DNA of 64,000 bases from Vitrella brassicaformis CCMP3155 (taxonomy: Eukaryota; Protista; Chromerida). A program made the translations under genes and the position numbers. Positions 1-12,001 of this stretch are shown piece after piece. The notes under the pieces were generated by a model. The model saw only the letters and a program-made list of their open reading frames with translations. It had not been told where the DNA came from and searched no databases. Location of the stretch: assembly GCA_001179505.1 (NCBI GenBank), contig CDMY01000455.1:1-64000 (forward strand), read 5' to 3'. The stretch's first letter is position 1; the number at the start of each line of letters is the position of its first letter.

Positions 1-928
1 ACCTCTGGCTGATCTCTATTTCCTGTCTCAGCTTGACAATCTGTCTGGGGGCATAGTATCCGCCCCGCAGACACACTCCACCATACACCAGCGTCCCCCG
101 CCCCACACACACACCCGGGTTGCACACCACATTGCAGCCCGTCTGCACGCCGTCGCCCAGTACGGCGCCCATCTTCACCAGCGATGTGTCGAACACATAG
201 TCACAATCCTCTCCCGCCGATGGCTTGATGCTGATCGTGACTGTCCTGACGTCAGCAGCTGTCGTGTGCTGCTGTTGTTGTGTGTTGATGTCCTCGAGGC
301 TCATCATGGGCAGGTTGGAGAGCTTGGTGCCCGCACCCAGGTTGACACGCGAGCCGATGATCGAGCCGCCGACGTAGTTGAAGTGCGGTGCGTGTGCGTG
401 GGGCAGCAAAATGGAGTGCTTGCACTCGCTCGAGTGGCCCACGATGGCGTGCTCACACATGACCGTGTGGCTCCGGACGTACGCACCATGACCCACTGTC
501 GCCTGCACACCAGAGAAACACACACACATGAGCATGAAGCATACCGGTCAGTGCACTCGGTCACTTACATTTGGTCCGATGTAGCATGGTCCCTCGATGT
601 GAGCCGCAGGGAAGACCGTCGCAGTGCGATGGATGAAGGCCGGGCCCTTGGACTCATCCACAGTGTAGCCACACACGTGGCCGCCCTCCCTCTCCCTCTC
701 CTCTTCCCCTTCCTCTCGGCATCGCTCAATGGCGGCCGGCAGACGCCCCGCCAAATGAGTGAGAGGCTCCGTCACCAATGTGCAGCCGCCGAAGAGCGAT
801 AGGATGACTCGGCTGTCCGCCTCATGACCAATGTTCTCGATCTCGAAGTAGTGAGAGATGGCGAGCCTTTCGTTGACAGCCGGCGGCATACGGACGTCAC
901 CATCTCCCCCATCGCCGCAACCCGCCAT
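1..928 (-). CDS. Standalone left-handed beta-helix (hexapeptide repeat) acyltransferase, GlmU / G1P-thymidylyltransferase C-terminal-like; 3' end runs off the window
   Basis: Two exons joined across a GT-AG intron (~507-572) read ..PAFIHRTATVFPAAHIEGPCYIGPN-ATVGHGAYVRSHTVMCEHAIVGHSSECKHSILLPHAHAPHFNYVGGSIIGSRVNLGAGTKLSN..TSLVKMGAVLGDGVQTGCNVVCNPGVCVG... These are classic LbH hexapeptide repeats with the PHFNYVG(D/G)SI.G and GA.LGD.V..GCN.V.NPG signatures. Confidence 0.8.
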
Positions 929-1356
929 CAGCAGATGAGTCCGTCAGTCGTCGTCAACCGCTTTTCTGCTCGAAGCTTGACGAGAAGATCTCTCAGTGGC
1001 TGTTGAAGCACTGTAGGTCAAGATCTGCAGCCACATATCCAGAAAGAAGCGTAAAAGGCATTCATTCGATCATCTTCGGCGCGCATCCCACTGCCCTCCT
1101 TGGGCGTTTCGTCGGTTCCGCGAGCCTCCAGCATCACAGTCTGCACACACGACGGTGACTGAAAGCATCGCTGCTGCAGATCTATCCCATTTCGTTTCAT
1201 CAGGTGTCCGTTCTCTCGCTGGTTCTCAGTTCAGGTGTGGGTCGTGAGATCTGGACGAGCAGTGTAGCATTGCGGACGTGGACAGGTCAGGAGGAAGCGG
1301 GCATGAGAACATTCCGCATCGTGTGGGTGTGTGTTGGTCTTTGCAGCTGTGAGGCA

Positions 1357-2881
1357 ATGTCGGCAGGCAGCACAGCCGATGCCGCCAGCACCCCAGCTGA
1401 GCATCCCTCACAACATCCCTCACTCCAGGCAGGGCTGGCCAAGGCGGGAAAGCTGTTCGATGCCATCGGCACGCAAGGGGCTTACGACCAGTCAGTGCAG
1501 CAGCGAGGATCGGAGGCGCTTGAGACCGAGATCATCGCCGTCATGACCGACATCTGCGACCTGATAGCCTCGGCCAGCGATCCGCAGCTTCGCATCGGCG
1601 CCATTGCAGAGCTGCTCCAGCTGCTCCTCATCGAGCATATGGCTGTCACAATCGAGCAGAAGGCCATCGATGCGGGTGTGGCGCCTGTGTTGGTCGAGCA
1701 GCTGAGCGGGTGCGAGGCGGTGGAGAAACCAGCAACATGGGCCCTCTGCATGCTGGCGAGGCATCAGGCCGGTGCGGCGGCGGTGGCCAATGCAGGTGCC
1801 ATCCCGCCCCTGGTGCAGCTCGTGTCGTCACCCGATGACGTCATGCGCGTGGCGGCCATCGAGGCGCTGTGCGTCGCCACGGTCAACTCATCAACCCGTC
1901 GCGATGCGGTGCTGGCCGCGGGTATCCTGGAGCCGCTGCTGAAAGTGATGCGCGAGAGCAGCAACGTTGACGTGCTGACCGGGGGTGCCTACCTGCTGTG
2001 CTATCTGTTGAGTGTCTCCGAGAACTCGCCCCACCCTGTCCCACTGGCCGAGTTGGTGCCCTTCCTGCCGGTGCTGGTCGGTCTCATCGCCGCGCCGCAG
2101 CAGGACGACAATGTGCTGCAATGCGCACGAGGGGCGCTGCAACAATTTGTGATTCAATTCAAACGGGGGGGACATCGATGTCACCGTCAGGGGGATGGCA
2201 CTACATGCCATTGGAGACATAGCCGGCGGATCACAGCAACAGGTGCGTATGGCAGCCAGCCGGCGATCCAACACACATCACACACACACGTGTGTGTGTT
2301 TGTATCCTTAGACTGAGTATGTGGTTGAGTGTGGCGGCATCCAGCCCCTGTGTAACCTGCTCCATCCCAGCCAGTCACCCGAGCACCTAGGCATCAAGCT
2401 CTCTTTGCTGAACAGCATACTAGAGTAACACACAGAGGACCCACCAGTCACTTGTACCGTATGTGCGTTGCCTGGGTGTGGTATCAGTGCGGGTCGTCAG
2501 AAGCAGGCCAACGAGGGTCTCCCGAACAATCCCTACTACACACAAGTGGCACAGGTGATACAGGGAGAAGAGGAGCCACAACCGACACACAGGCATGGCT
2601 GTTTGACTTCACAGGCCGGCGGCGTGGACAAGGTAGCCGACCTGCAGACACACAACCACATGGGCATCGCAGCGCAGGTGACCACCGATCCAGCAAGGCA
2701 CGCATGGCGAGCAGGGATGCAGACACAATGGGTGTGTGTCTGTTGTTGGTTCATTCAGGCACTCTTGATTCTCGTCGGCCACTTCCCAGCTCGCGTGGAC
2801 GAGCAGCGAGTGGAGGCCCTCTATCAGCAGCATATATTGCAGGCCGCTGAAGAGGAGACAAACGTGGGGGCGGATGATTGA
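1357..2881 (+). pseudogene. Importin-alpha-derived armadillo-repeat gene, copy ARM1; internal deletion with frameshift
   Basis: ARM repeats (AGAIPPLVQLVSS, RDAVLAAGILEPLL) and importin-alpha C-terminal motifs (NNPY..AGGVDKVADLQTHN). Exon 2 and most of exon 3 of the paralogs are missing, and the junction at ~2160 is out of frame. Confidence 0.65.
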
Positions 2882-4145
2882 TTTGTGGGTGGATGCGGGT
2901 GTGTATGTCTAGCTCGCGGATGCAAGCGATACGGAGTGAGCTGGCGATGGTGTCGACGAAAGCAGCGATAGCAATGGGGACGGCCATTTGCAGGGCGCTA
3001 GTTGGGAGGAGGGGGAAGGGGAATAGACAGACAGACGGACGGGCCACATCATGTGCGTCGGTGTGAGTATGTGTATGTGTATGTGTATGCCTGCCCAGTG
3101 TCTCCTTATTCCCCAGAGAGGAAGACAGACGTACACAGATCGATACTGTACGTACATTTGTATGTATGGATGTGTTTCCTCCAGATCAGATGGATGTGCT
3201 GCACACGACTGTCGTCCGAACTGCAGTGCAGTGTGCAGCTTTTGCCAGACACAGACACATGCACCCTGTCTGTCTGTCAGGACGTCCGTCCACCCAGCCA
3301 GGCCAATACATATCGACAGCACACAGGCAGAGAGATAGACAGCGACTCGCCACACACAGAGGGGAGGGGAGGGGAGAGCGACCCACAGCCCCGCCCACCG
3401 GAGGCATTGACACACACACACAGCCAGCCAGCCATGTCATGCTACCATCCTGTTGGTCAGAGCAACAGAACACAGAGCACCTCTTGACTGATCATGATCA
3501 TCCGCATTCCCGCTCGTTTATTGTCCTGCTCGCCGCACCATCACAGCCTTGCGTCACAGCGATGAGTTCCAACCATCAGTTTATGTCTGATGGGGCTCCT
3601 GCTGCTCTCTGGAGGGCGTCACAAGCGGTGAAAAGGCGAATTACAGTCCTATGATCGAATGGACGCGAGCTTGAAAGGGGGGAGAAGGCCCCGTGGAAGG
3701 TTGCCTTCCTGTGAGCGGCCAGACCTCTGCAGAGGCGTGTTGTATCCTCTTTTGCCGTTGAGTGCCTCGCCTGCTGTCGGGCTGCGTCCATCTGGCTTGT
3801 CGGAGGAGATCTCTGATCGGTGAGTGAGCAGCCATTAGCGGGGACCAGAAGGCATCCACGGGCAGCCCTGATCTATCACATTTCGTGGCGTCTTTGATTC
3901 TGCAGGTGAGCTGTGAGATCTTCACCGGAGAGCAGTGCGGCAGCGGGACCATTCAGCACCGAAGCGAAGGGAAGCCGAGCACTGACCAGGTCAGAAGAAC
4001 GGCAAAGAGCAGTCGTGAGTCATTTACTCGCCCCCGATTTGGGGGCAGCCATTGACGAGCACAACAGGTGAGAAGGGACAACGACAGCAGCCATGGAACC
4101 ACCCTGCACTCTGTGTGCGCGTGTTGGTCCTCGCAGCCGTGAATC

Positions 4146-6127
4146 ATGGCGGACAGCACAGCCGATGCCGCCAGCACCCCAGCTGACCATCCCTCACCCC
4201 AGGCAGTGCTGGCCAAGGCGGGCAAGCTGTTTGATGCCATCGGCACGCAAGAGGCCTACGACAAAACAGTGCAGCAGCGAGGGTCGGAGGCGGTCGAGGC
4301 CGAGATCACCGCCGTCATGACCGACCTCTGCCACCTGATGGCGTCGGCCAGTGATCCGCAGCTTAAGCGTACTGACGTCATACGGCAGCTGCTCCAGTTG
4401 CTGTGTGTCGAGCACATGGATGGCACAATGGATCGCAAGGCCGTCAATGCGGATGCGGTGCCTGTGTTGGTGGAGCAGCTGAGGTGCTCGGAGACGCAGG
4501 GACCAGCAGCATGGGCCATCAGCGTGCTCGCGATGCGCAATGGCGATTTGGTGGTGGACGCGGGTGCCATCCAGCCGCTCGTGCAGCTGGTGTCGTCATC
4601 CGATGACTACGTGCGCCTGGGGGCCATCGGGGCGCTCGACAAGGTCGCGGCGGAATCGGTGTCCCGTCGCGATGCGGTGCTGGCCGCCGGCGTCCTGCAG
4701 CCGCTGCTGAAGGCGATGCGGGAGAGCACCAGCGACGCCGACGTGCTGTACTTGGGTGCCGAGCTGCTGATCAACCTGTGGAGCGTCCGGCCCCTCCCTG
4801 TCCCACTGGCCGAGTGTGCGCCCTTCCTGCCCGTCCTGGTCGGCCTCATCAGCAAGCCTGAGCAGGACGACAGTGTGCTGCGATCCGCACGAGGCGCCCT
4901 GGGGCACTTTGGGATGTTGTCTATCGAGGCTCACGGTCCGTTAGCAAACCTGAGGGCACAAAACACCAGCATTGGCTGATGGCTCACTGCGTATTTCCGT
5001 CCTACACAGGCACCGACGCTGACCGTGACGCGTTGGTCGAGTGTGGCGCCACTGCATCGATTAAGGCGCTGCTGGAGTCGGCTGAGCCCCAAATGAAAGG
5101 TGTCGCATGTCTGCTGGTGATGTTCCTGGCCGGAGGTAGGACAGGCACACACATAGCCCATGAAGCGCGTCATGTGCAGATTGTTACCTGCTGTGGATCG
5201 GCTGCAGGCACCACTTCGCACCGACAGGCGGTCATCGATGGTGGACTCGTGCCTCTACTCGTCCGCGCGGCGGCCAGGGGAGAAACTCATGTGCAGCAGA
5301 AGCAGACGGCAGCAAGAACCATCGAGACATTGTCGCCCGAGGATCGCCGCAACAGGTAACTGACACGGCAGTCAGGCAGATTGATGTGTGTCGATCATTT
5401 GTTCAAATGTGCAGGTCGAGTATGTGGTTGAGTGTGGCGGCATCCAGCCCCTCTGTGACCTGCTCGATAGCGGCAACAACCAGAGCCACAACATCTCCAC
5501 AGGTGTCACGCTCACTGTGCTGCTACAGATACTCAGGTAGGTCACACACACACACACACACACTCACACATGTCCCTCTGACTTAGCTACCAGTTGTGTG
5601 TTGCCCTCGTGTGTGCAGTGCGGGTCGTCAGAAGGAGGCCAACGAGGGTCTCCCCGACAACCCCTACTGCGCACTACTAGAGCAGGTGAGTGAACAAGAT
5701 AGAGGAGGGAACCCGACACCGTGCGGCGGCTTCGCTCTTTCACGTGTGCAGGCCGGCGGTGTGGATAAGGTGGCCGAGCTGCAGACACACAACCACATGG
5801 GCATCGCAACGCTGGTGACCACTAATGCACCCATGGGAACCAGGGACGCAGACACACAGTGTGGTGGGTCAGCAAAAGACGCCAATCCACTCTGCGCCCT
5901 TTATGCAGTCAATTGGGATTCTCGCCGCCCACTTCCCGGGTCGTGTCGACGCGCAGCGATTGCAGGCCGTGCAGGCGGCCATGCAGGCGGCGGGTCAGCA
6001 AGAGGGCGATGGTGTCGACGATGTGGACACCGACGCCAGCGGCGGTAGCGATAGCGATGGAGAGGATGATGCAGAGGGGGATCCGGCGGGTCAGCTGGGG
6101 GGCGATGGGGAGCAGGGAGGGATATAG
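4146..6127 (+). pseudogene. Importin-alpha-derived ARM-repeat gene, copy ARM2; 1-nt deletion frameshift in exon 3
   Basis: ORF 4146-4979 plus downstream exons match the paralogs. At ~5323, atcgagacattgtcgcccgaggatcgccgcaacag reads out of frame relative to the conserved ..I(G/A)(D/N)I..GSQQQ. Confidence 0.65.
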
Positions 6128-7124
6128 ACAACACAGTTGGGTCCTTTCGTGGTGCGTAGATGCGTGAATGTCTACTGTGTCTATGAATGTGTCCAGCTGC
6201 CCCGCCGGCCAAAAGGAGAGACGTGCACACGTGTGGGTTGCTGACTGACTGGGCGGGCATATCGCGTCCAAGTGGCCAGCCGGATTCGCCCGATGGCCGT
6301 GTGCACCTGCCCTTGTGTCACACACACACACCCGTCCCTACATTCTTACATGCATAAATACATGACGCATAGAATCTCTGTCCATAGCTCTCTAGCCGGC
6401 CGTGGGTGGACCTGTCGTGGGCGTTTTCCCGACGACCGAATCCATCCGCTGTCACCGCACCACACCCGTCTATGGCCTATCTGCATGCCTCTCTCTGCCG
6501 TGCAGATGATGCTGCTCCTCTATCTACTGGTTGACAGATGTCTGCCTGCGTCCCTGCCTGATGGATTCATTGAGGTGTGTGTATTCCGTGGACGTGTTTG
6601 TGTGAGAGAGAGAATGGGGGAGGCAAGCGGGCCTTCTGGATGGATGGATGAATGATGTGTGAGTGAGGTTTTGACATACATACATACACACATACATACA
6701 CACACACACACATGCATACATACATACATACACGTGTACATACGTATGAGTCGATTAGACTCACTGAGACAGACAGCACTGTTGCAATGGCACATGCAAC
6801 ACGACTGCGTCTTGCTCGCCCTCCTTTTGTTGCACCGCTCGTGGAGAGGTAACTGCTGCAAGGGGGAAATCTCTTGCAGCAGCGGCCTCGCCGACGGGCA
6901 GCGCAACACGGAGGAGGGACACAATGCAGAAGGAAACAGGCGAATAATATGAACTGTTCCGCGAAAGGGTTTGTAGGGTGAAGGGTTTAAAACCCTGCAG
7001 ACCAGCCAGAGGGAGAACTCATCAACATCTGCAAGAACGACGTGGACTCCAAGCGCAGGCGACACCCTATAGCTCCACGAGTCCACGACGCCAATAAATC
7101 TATCTGTCTGATCTGTCTGTCGTG

Positions 7125-8300
7125 ATGCATTCAGCCCTTCACACCCTCCATGGCATCTCATTACTGGCAGTGGCGCTCGACAGCGTCACGGTTTTCCTCT
7201 CCAGCTGGGCACTCATCTCTGTGCTGTTGTCCTTCGCACCGGACAGTAATGTTCACGGCTGCCAGTGGATGGCATCTGGCGCCTTCTGGTTGATGCTCGT
7301 GTGCGGCGGGTCGGTGCCTTATGAGGCGGTGGGCAGCCGATGGACGCCGACTGTGTGCCTGGTACGCAAACGAGGGGTGACTCCGGCTGCGCAGAGGTCA
7401 CAATGATGATTGCTGTGTGTGTGTCAGGTTGTGTGTGGTTTATTGGGTGCTTTCTTTGGCTATTACGTCCATCCCGCCATCTTTGCCACGTTATATCCCG
7501 AGTCCCTCTTTCTGCTCTCCTTAGTGGCCTTTCACTTCGTCGAGTATCTCTTCGTGGCTCTCGTCCACCCAGCCGCCCTTTCCTACGACTCGTTCCTCCT
7601 CAACAACGGCACATCCTATGTCATCGCAATGGCCACCGCAGCGGCCGAGTATTACGGCCGACAGGCGATTGTCAGTCGGCTGTGGTCTCCTCCCTCGAGC
7701 AAATCCGCCGATTTGGCGCTCTCGGCTGTGTCTGTGTTTGGCGCCTTCGTGTGTATGAGTGGCCTTGTCCTGCGATGGCTGGCGTTCGTCACAGCGCGGC
7801 GGCACTTCACCCATCAGGTGGCAACTGAGAGGGTAGAGGGGCATGTGCTGGTCACTCACGGCGTGTACGGATGGTGCCGACACCCCGCCTACCTGGGGTG
7901 GTTCATGTGGAGCGCCGGTGCGCCAATCAAAAATGTGCGTTTCTTCTCGAGCGTCTGACGTCCATTTCCGTTTGTCTGTGTGTGTCATGTGTCAGGCAGT
8001 CAGTTGATGCTGCTCAACGGCGGGTGCTTTGTGGTGTTCACAATAGTGGCGTGGCGCTTCTTCCGCGACCGAATTCGGAATGAGGAGCGAAGCCTGCGGG
8101 CCTTCTTTGGGCAGCAGTACATCGACTACGCCAGCAAAGTGCCAATCAGGTGAGAGCGGGGGGGACATTCAGCGGTGGTAGACATGAATGCAGCCATTGA
8201 TGCGGTTTGTTGTATGCCTGTGCCTGTCAGGATACCCCTGCTGGATGCGATTATTGCACGAGAACTGTCGCCGGTGAATGGCATAGGAAAGACACAGTGA
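7125..8300 (+). CDS. ICMT: Protein-S-isoprenylcysteine O-methyltransferase (ICMT/Ste14), copy 1
   Basis: Exons read FHFVEYLFVALVHP..YDSFLLNNGTSY..HFTHQVATERVEGHVLVTHGVYGWCRHPAYLGWFMWSAG-SQLMLLN..FFRDRIRNEERSLRAFFGQQYIDYASKVP, the standard ICMT motifs. Confidence 0.92.
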
Positions 8301-8327
8301 TGGCGCAAATGTGATGTACATAGATAG

Positions 8328-8900
8328 CAGCCGTGGTCTGTGTCATGGACACATCCATGCATGGGCTAAGGGACCGTCGTGCAGACAGACATGCAAAAAG
8401 ACTGCCTCANNNNNNNNNNNNNNNNNNNNNNNNNNNNNNNNNNNNNNNNNNNNNNNNNNNNNNNNNNNNNNNNNNNNNNNNNNNNNNNNNNNNNNNNNNN
8501 NNNNNNNNNNNNNNNNNNNNNNNNNNNNNNNNNNNNNNNNNNNNNNNNNNNNNNNNNNNNNNNNNNNNNNNNNNNNNNNNNNNNNNNNNNNNNNNNNNNN
8601 NNNNNNNNNNNNNNNNNNNNNNNNNNNNNNNNNNNNNNNNNNNNNNNNNNNNNNNNNNNNNNNNNNNNNNNNNNNNNNNNNNNNNNNNNNNNNNNNNNNN
8701 NNNNNNNNNCCCCCCCCCCCCCCCAACACACAGGCGGCGCTCAAACATTTGTGCACCGTCGTGTAACATCAAACGACTGACTGCCTTCCCCCTTCCGTCA
8801 CACACAACCGGCGCTTAAACACACCAATCAGATGCACAAAATGTGCCATCTCGGCCCCATGTGTTATCCAACCCACACACACCTAGACCTAGACGGCTTC
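8328..8900 (+). repeat. Non-coding repeat unit; partial direct copy at 9170-9370, inverted copy at 39945-40290; contains a ~65-bp tandem duplication
   Basis: cagccgtggtctgtgtcatggacacatccat..gggctaagggaccgtcgtg.agacagacatgcaaa is present at ~8328 and ~9255, and as reverse complement at ~40140-40205. Confidence 0.85.
8410..8709. other. Assembly gap (300 N)
   Basis: Run of N. The inverted copy at ~40130 suggests it hides only a short poly-C stretch. Confidence 0.99.
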
Positions 8901-8964
8901 CCTCCGCTCCCCTGCTTGGCTCACCTGCTCAGCAACACACACACACTCTCGCACACACAGAGCG

Positions 8965-9115
8965 AGGTATGAACCTGAACGACCTCGCGTTGCTGCCGAC
9001 GGCACCAACGGCAGCAACGCGGCGGCCGCCGCCGCCGTGGAAGAAGACCCTACCAACAATCAGGCGGCCAGGACCGCAGGAAAAGAAGGCATTCCGACTT
9101 TGCTGGTGGGACACG
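8965..9115 (+). pseudogene. Remnant of an exon of the gene at 40373-43146
   Basis: gtatgaacctga.cgac..ccaacaatcag.cggcca.gaccgcaggaaa.gaag.cattccgac matches the reverse complement of ~40910-41065. Confidence 0.6.
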
Positions 9116-9659
9116 CCTTCTTACCGAAGAGAGCAAGGCCCGTTTCTCATGCCTGGGCACCACACGTTTGGTGCGGTGCATCGTTGCCTACATTTTATAT
9201 CATGACGTCTCTTCGCCCGTTTGATTGCGTGCCCGCCATATTTGACAGACTGCAGCCGTGGTCTGTGTCATGGACACATCCATCCACGGGCTAAGGGACC
9301 GTCGTGTAGACAGACATGCAAAAAAACTGCCTTCCCTCCTCCCACATGCAAGCGGCGCTCAAACAGAGGCACGCGCACTCGCTGCACTGCATGATCGGCT
9401 ATGGCAGCTTGCCTCATCCTGCCGGCTCACAGAGAAGCAGAGCTCACGGTGAAGTCCGGAGCTTGACGAAGCGATTTTTCAGTGAGTGCTGGAGCACTGG
9501 CCAGACCTCAGGCGGCATGCGTCATTGAGAGATCTATTCGATCATTTCCTCCCCCGACGGATTTACTCGCCCCCGAGTTTTCGGGGCCTTCGCAACCGGG
9601 GGACAGCAGACGGGAGCATTCCGCATCGTGCGGGCGGATTTTTGTTGCTCTTCGCAGAA

Positions 9660-11669
9660 ATGGTGTTGGAGGGCAGCACCCCAGGTGGGCATCCCTCACC
9701 CCAAGCAGTACTGGACAATGCGAGGAAGCTGTTCGATGCCATCGGGACGCAAGGGCCCTATGACCACACAGTGCAGCAGCGAGGATTGGAAGCCCTCGAG
9801 GCCGACATTGCCGCCGTCATGACCGACATCTGCCACCTGATAGCGTCGGCCAGTGATCCGCAGCTTCGCACTGACGTCATACGTCAGCTGGTCCGGCTGC
9901 TATCGATCGAGCATATGAACGGCAACGCCATTGACGAGAAGGCTTTCAGCGCCGGTGTGGTGCCTGTGTTGGTGGAGCAGCTGAGGTTCTCGCTGACGAA
10001 AGGACCGGCAGAGGAGGTGGAGGGGCTGGTTGCGGCCTTGGCCCTCGGCATGCTGGGGGCTCGCCATGCCACGGCATTTGTCGATGCCGGTGCCATCCCG
10101 CCCCTGGTACAGCTGGTGTCGTCACCTAATGATTACGTGCGTTTGGGGGCCGTCGGGGCGCTGAAAAAGGTCACGGAGGGATCGGTGGCCCGTCGCGATG
10201 CGGTGCTGGCGGCGGGCATCCTGCAGCCGCTGCTGGTGACGATACGAGAGAGCACCATGACCGATGTGGTCGCCATGGGTGTCCAGCTGGTGGCCACTCT
10301 GTGGAGTGTCCAACCTCGGCCTCCACTGGCCGACTTGGCTCCCTTCGTACCGGAGCTTGTCCGCCTCTTCAGCGCCCCTCAACAGGACGAGTGTGTGAAG
10401 GTGAAGGCACGAGGGGCGTTGGCGTATGTCGGGGTGCTGTGTATCGAGGCTTACGGTTAGTCGCCACACATGAAGGCACAAAACACAAGCATCGGCTGCA
10501 TAACTCGCTGTGTCCTGATTGCCTCTGATTGGTGATTCCCTCATAGGTACCGACGCTGACCGTGACGCGTTGGTCGGGTGTGGCGCCGTGGCGTCGATCA
10601 AGACTCTGCTGGAGGCAGCCGACCCACGGATGAAAGACATCGCATGCTTGACGGCGACGGTCCTGACTGGAGGTAAGCCGGCCGCGCGCTCACACACATC
10701 CCATCAAAGACAGCACCTGCGTCAGGTGTAAGGTGCTGTGGATTGGTTGCTCTCACCGACAGGCGGCCGTCGATGGTGGGCTCGTGCCTCTACTCGTCCA
10801 CGCGGCGGCCAGCGAAGAGGCTCATGTCCGCTATAACGAGACGGCAGCGATGGCCATTGCAAACGTGCTCGCCCAGGGATCGCAGCAACAGGTGACTGAC
10901 AAGGCACTCAGGCCGCTTGATGTGTGTGTTCGTTCATTTGTTCAATCGTGCAGGTCGAGTATGTGGTTGAGTGTGGCGGCATCCAGCCCCTCTGTGACCT
11001 GATCGATGTCGACAACAACCGCAACCTTTTTATCGGTGTCATGCTACTGAAAATAATACTCAGGTAGGTCACACACACACACACACGTCCCTCTGAATTA
11101 CCTACCAGTTGTCTGTTGCCCTCGTGTGTGCAGTTCGGGTCGTGAGAAGCAGGCCAACGAGGGCCTCCCCGACAATCCCTACTGCATGCTGGTCGAGCAG
11201 GTGAGACAGAGAGAGAAGAGGACACCACAACCCTGGGCACAGCCACATGGCCGGCTGTTTCGTTCGGCGTCTCACGCAGGCCGGCGGTGTGGATAAGATA
11301 GCGACACTGCAGGCGCACACCAACATGGACGTCGCAGCGCAGGTGACCTGTCTGCCTTCACGGCCCGTGTCGTGTGGCAACAAAGGCTGCAGACATACAC
11401 TCTAGTGTGTTGTCCTTTCCTCTCTTGTTCAGGCCATCATCATATTTGTGGGCTGCTTCCCGGCTCGTGTGGACGTGCGGCGAGTGGAGGCATTGGTGGA
11501 TGTCGGCGTGATCCAGGTGGTCCGTCAGCCAGGTGGCGGTGAGGACGACAGGGCCACCCGCGTAAGCGACGACAGCGAAGGGGATGGAGAGAGTGGGCCG
11601 TCCACGTCCCCCTCCTGCTGGCCATGGGGGTGGGAGATGTGGCGGATAGATCGATGGGTCGCTTCATGA
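9660..11669 (+). pseudogene. Importin-alpha-derived ARM-repeat gene, copy ARM3; exon 3 acceptor apparently lost
   Basis: ORF 9486-10460 and later exons match the paralogs. The gcag|GCACCACT acceptor found in ARM2/4/5 is missing at ~10750, and the remaining acceptors give the wrong phase. Confidence 0.55.
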
Positions 11670-12001
11670 CTAGGTATGTGTGTGTGTGGATATATGTACG
11701 TTCGTATGGGTATAGCGCAAAGTTGAAGAGGTATCGGCATGAATGCGTTGTCCATTTTGCAGACATCCTTTTACTGTGCTGCAGTTCGTCAATGACATCT
11801 TTCGTTCAAGGAGATTCCGCTGGCTGACCAATGCGTCACGTCGCAGCTTTCCAGCGCAGCATGACTCATCGGACAGCCAAGGGAAAGGCACCGGACGAAA
11901 GGCCGCCATTCACACAGACAAACCCACAAGTGCATCCGTCATCCAATCACACGATAAAGCGCCGCACACAGTCAAACCTCATCTGTGCAGATGCATATGC
12001 A

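Larger units (their letters stand above)
960..9370 (+). repeat. Left arm of a large, diverged inverted segmental duplication
   Basis: Collinear reverse-complement matches: 960-1340 vs 57170-57575, 3300-3400 vs 53865-53960, 3430-3690 vs 50390-50655, 7025-8300 vs 43800-45370, 8330-9370 vs 39945-41060. Confidence 0.85.

Noticed and set aside
6964-6996. Telomere-like sequence aagggtttgtagggtgaagggtttaaaaccct as a telomerase RNA template or interstitial telomere
   Set aside because: Only degenerate, non-tandem units plus a short AGGGTTT/AAACCCT palindrome. There is no 1.5-repeat template, Pol III promoter or terminator, and it lies 11 kb from TERT.
8311-8818. ORFs spanning N runs (also at 29.3-30.0, 44.1-45.1 and 54.5-55.6 kb)
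   Set aside because: They are artefacts of translating through assembly gaps.
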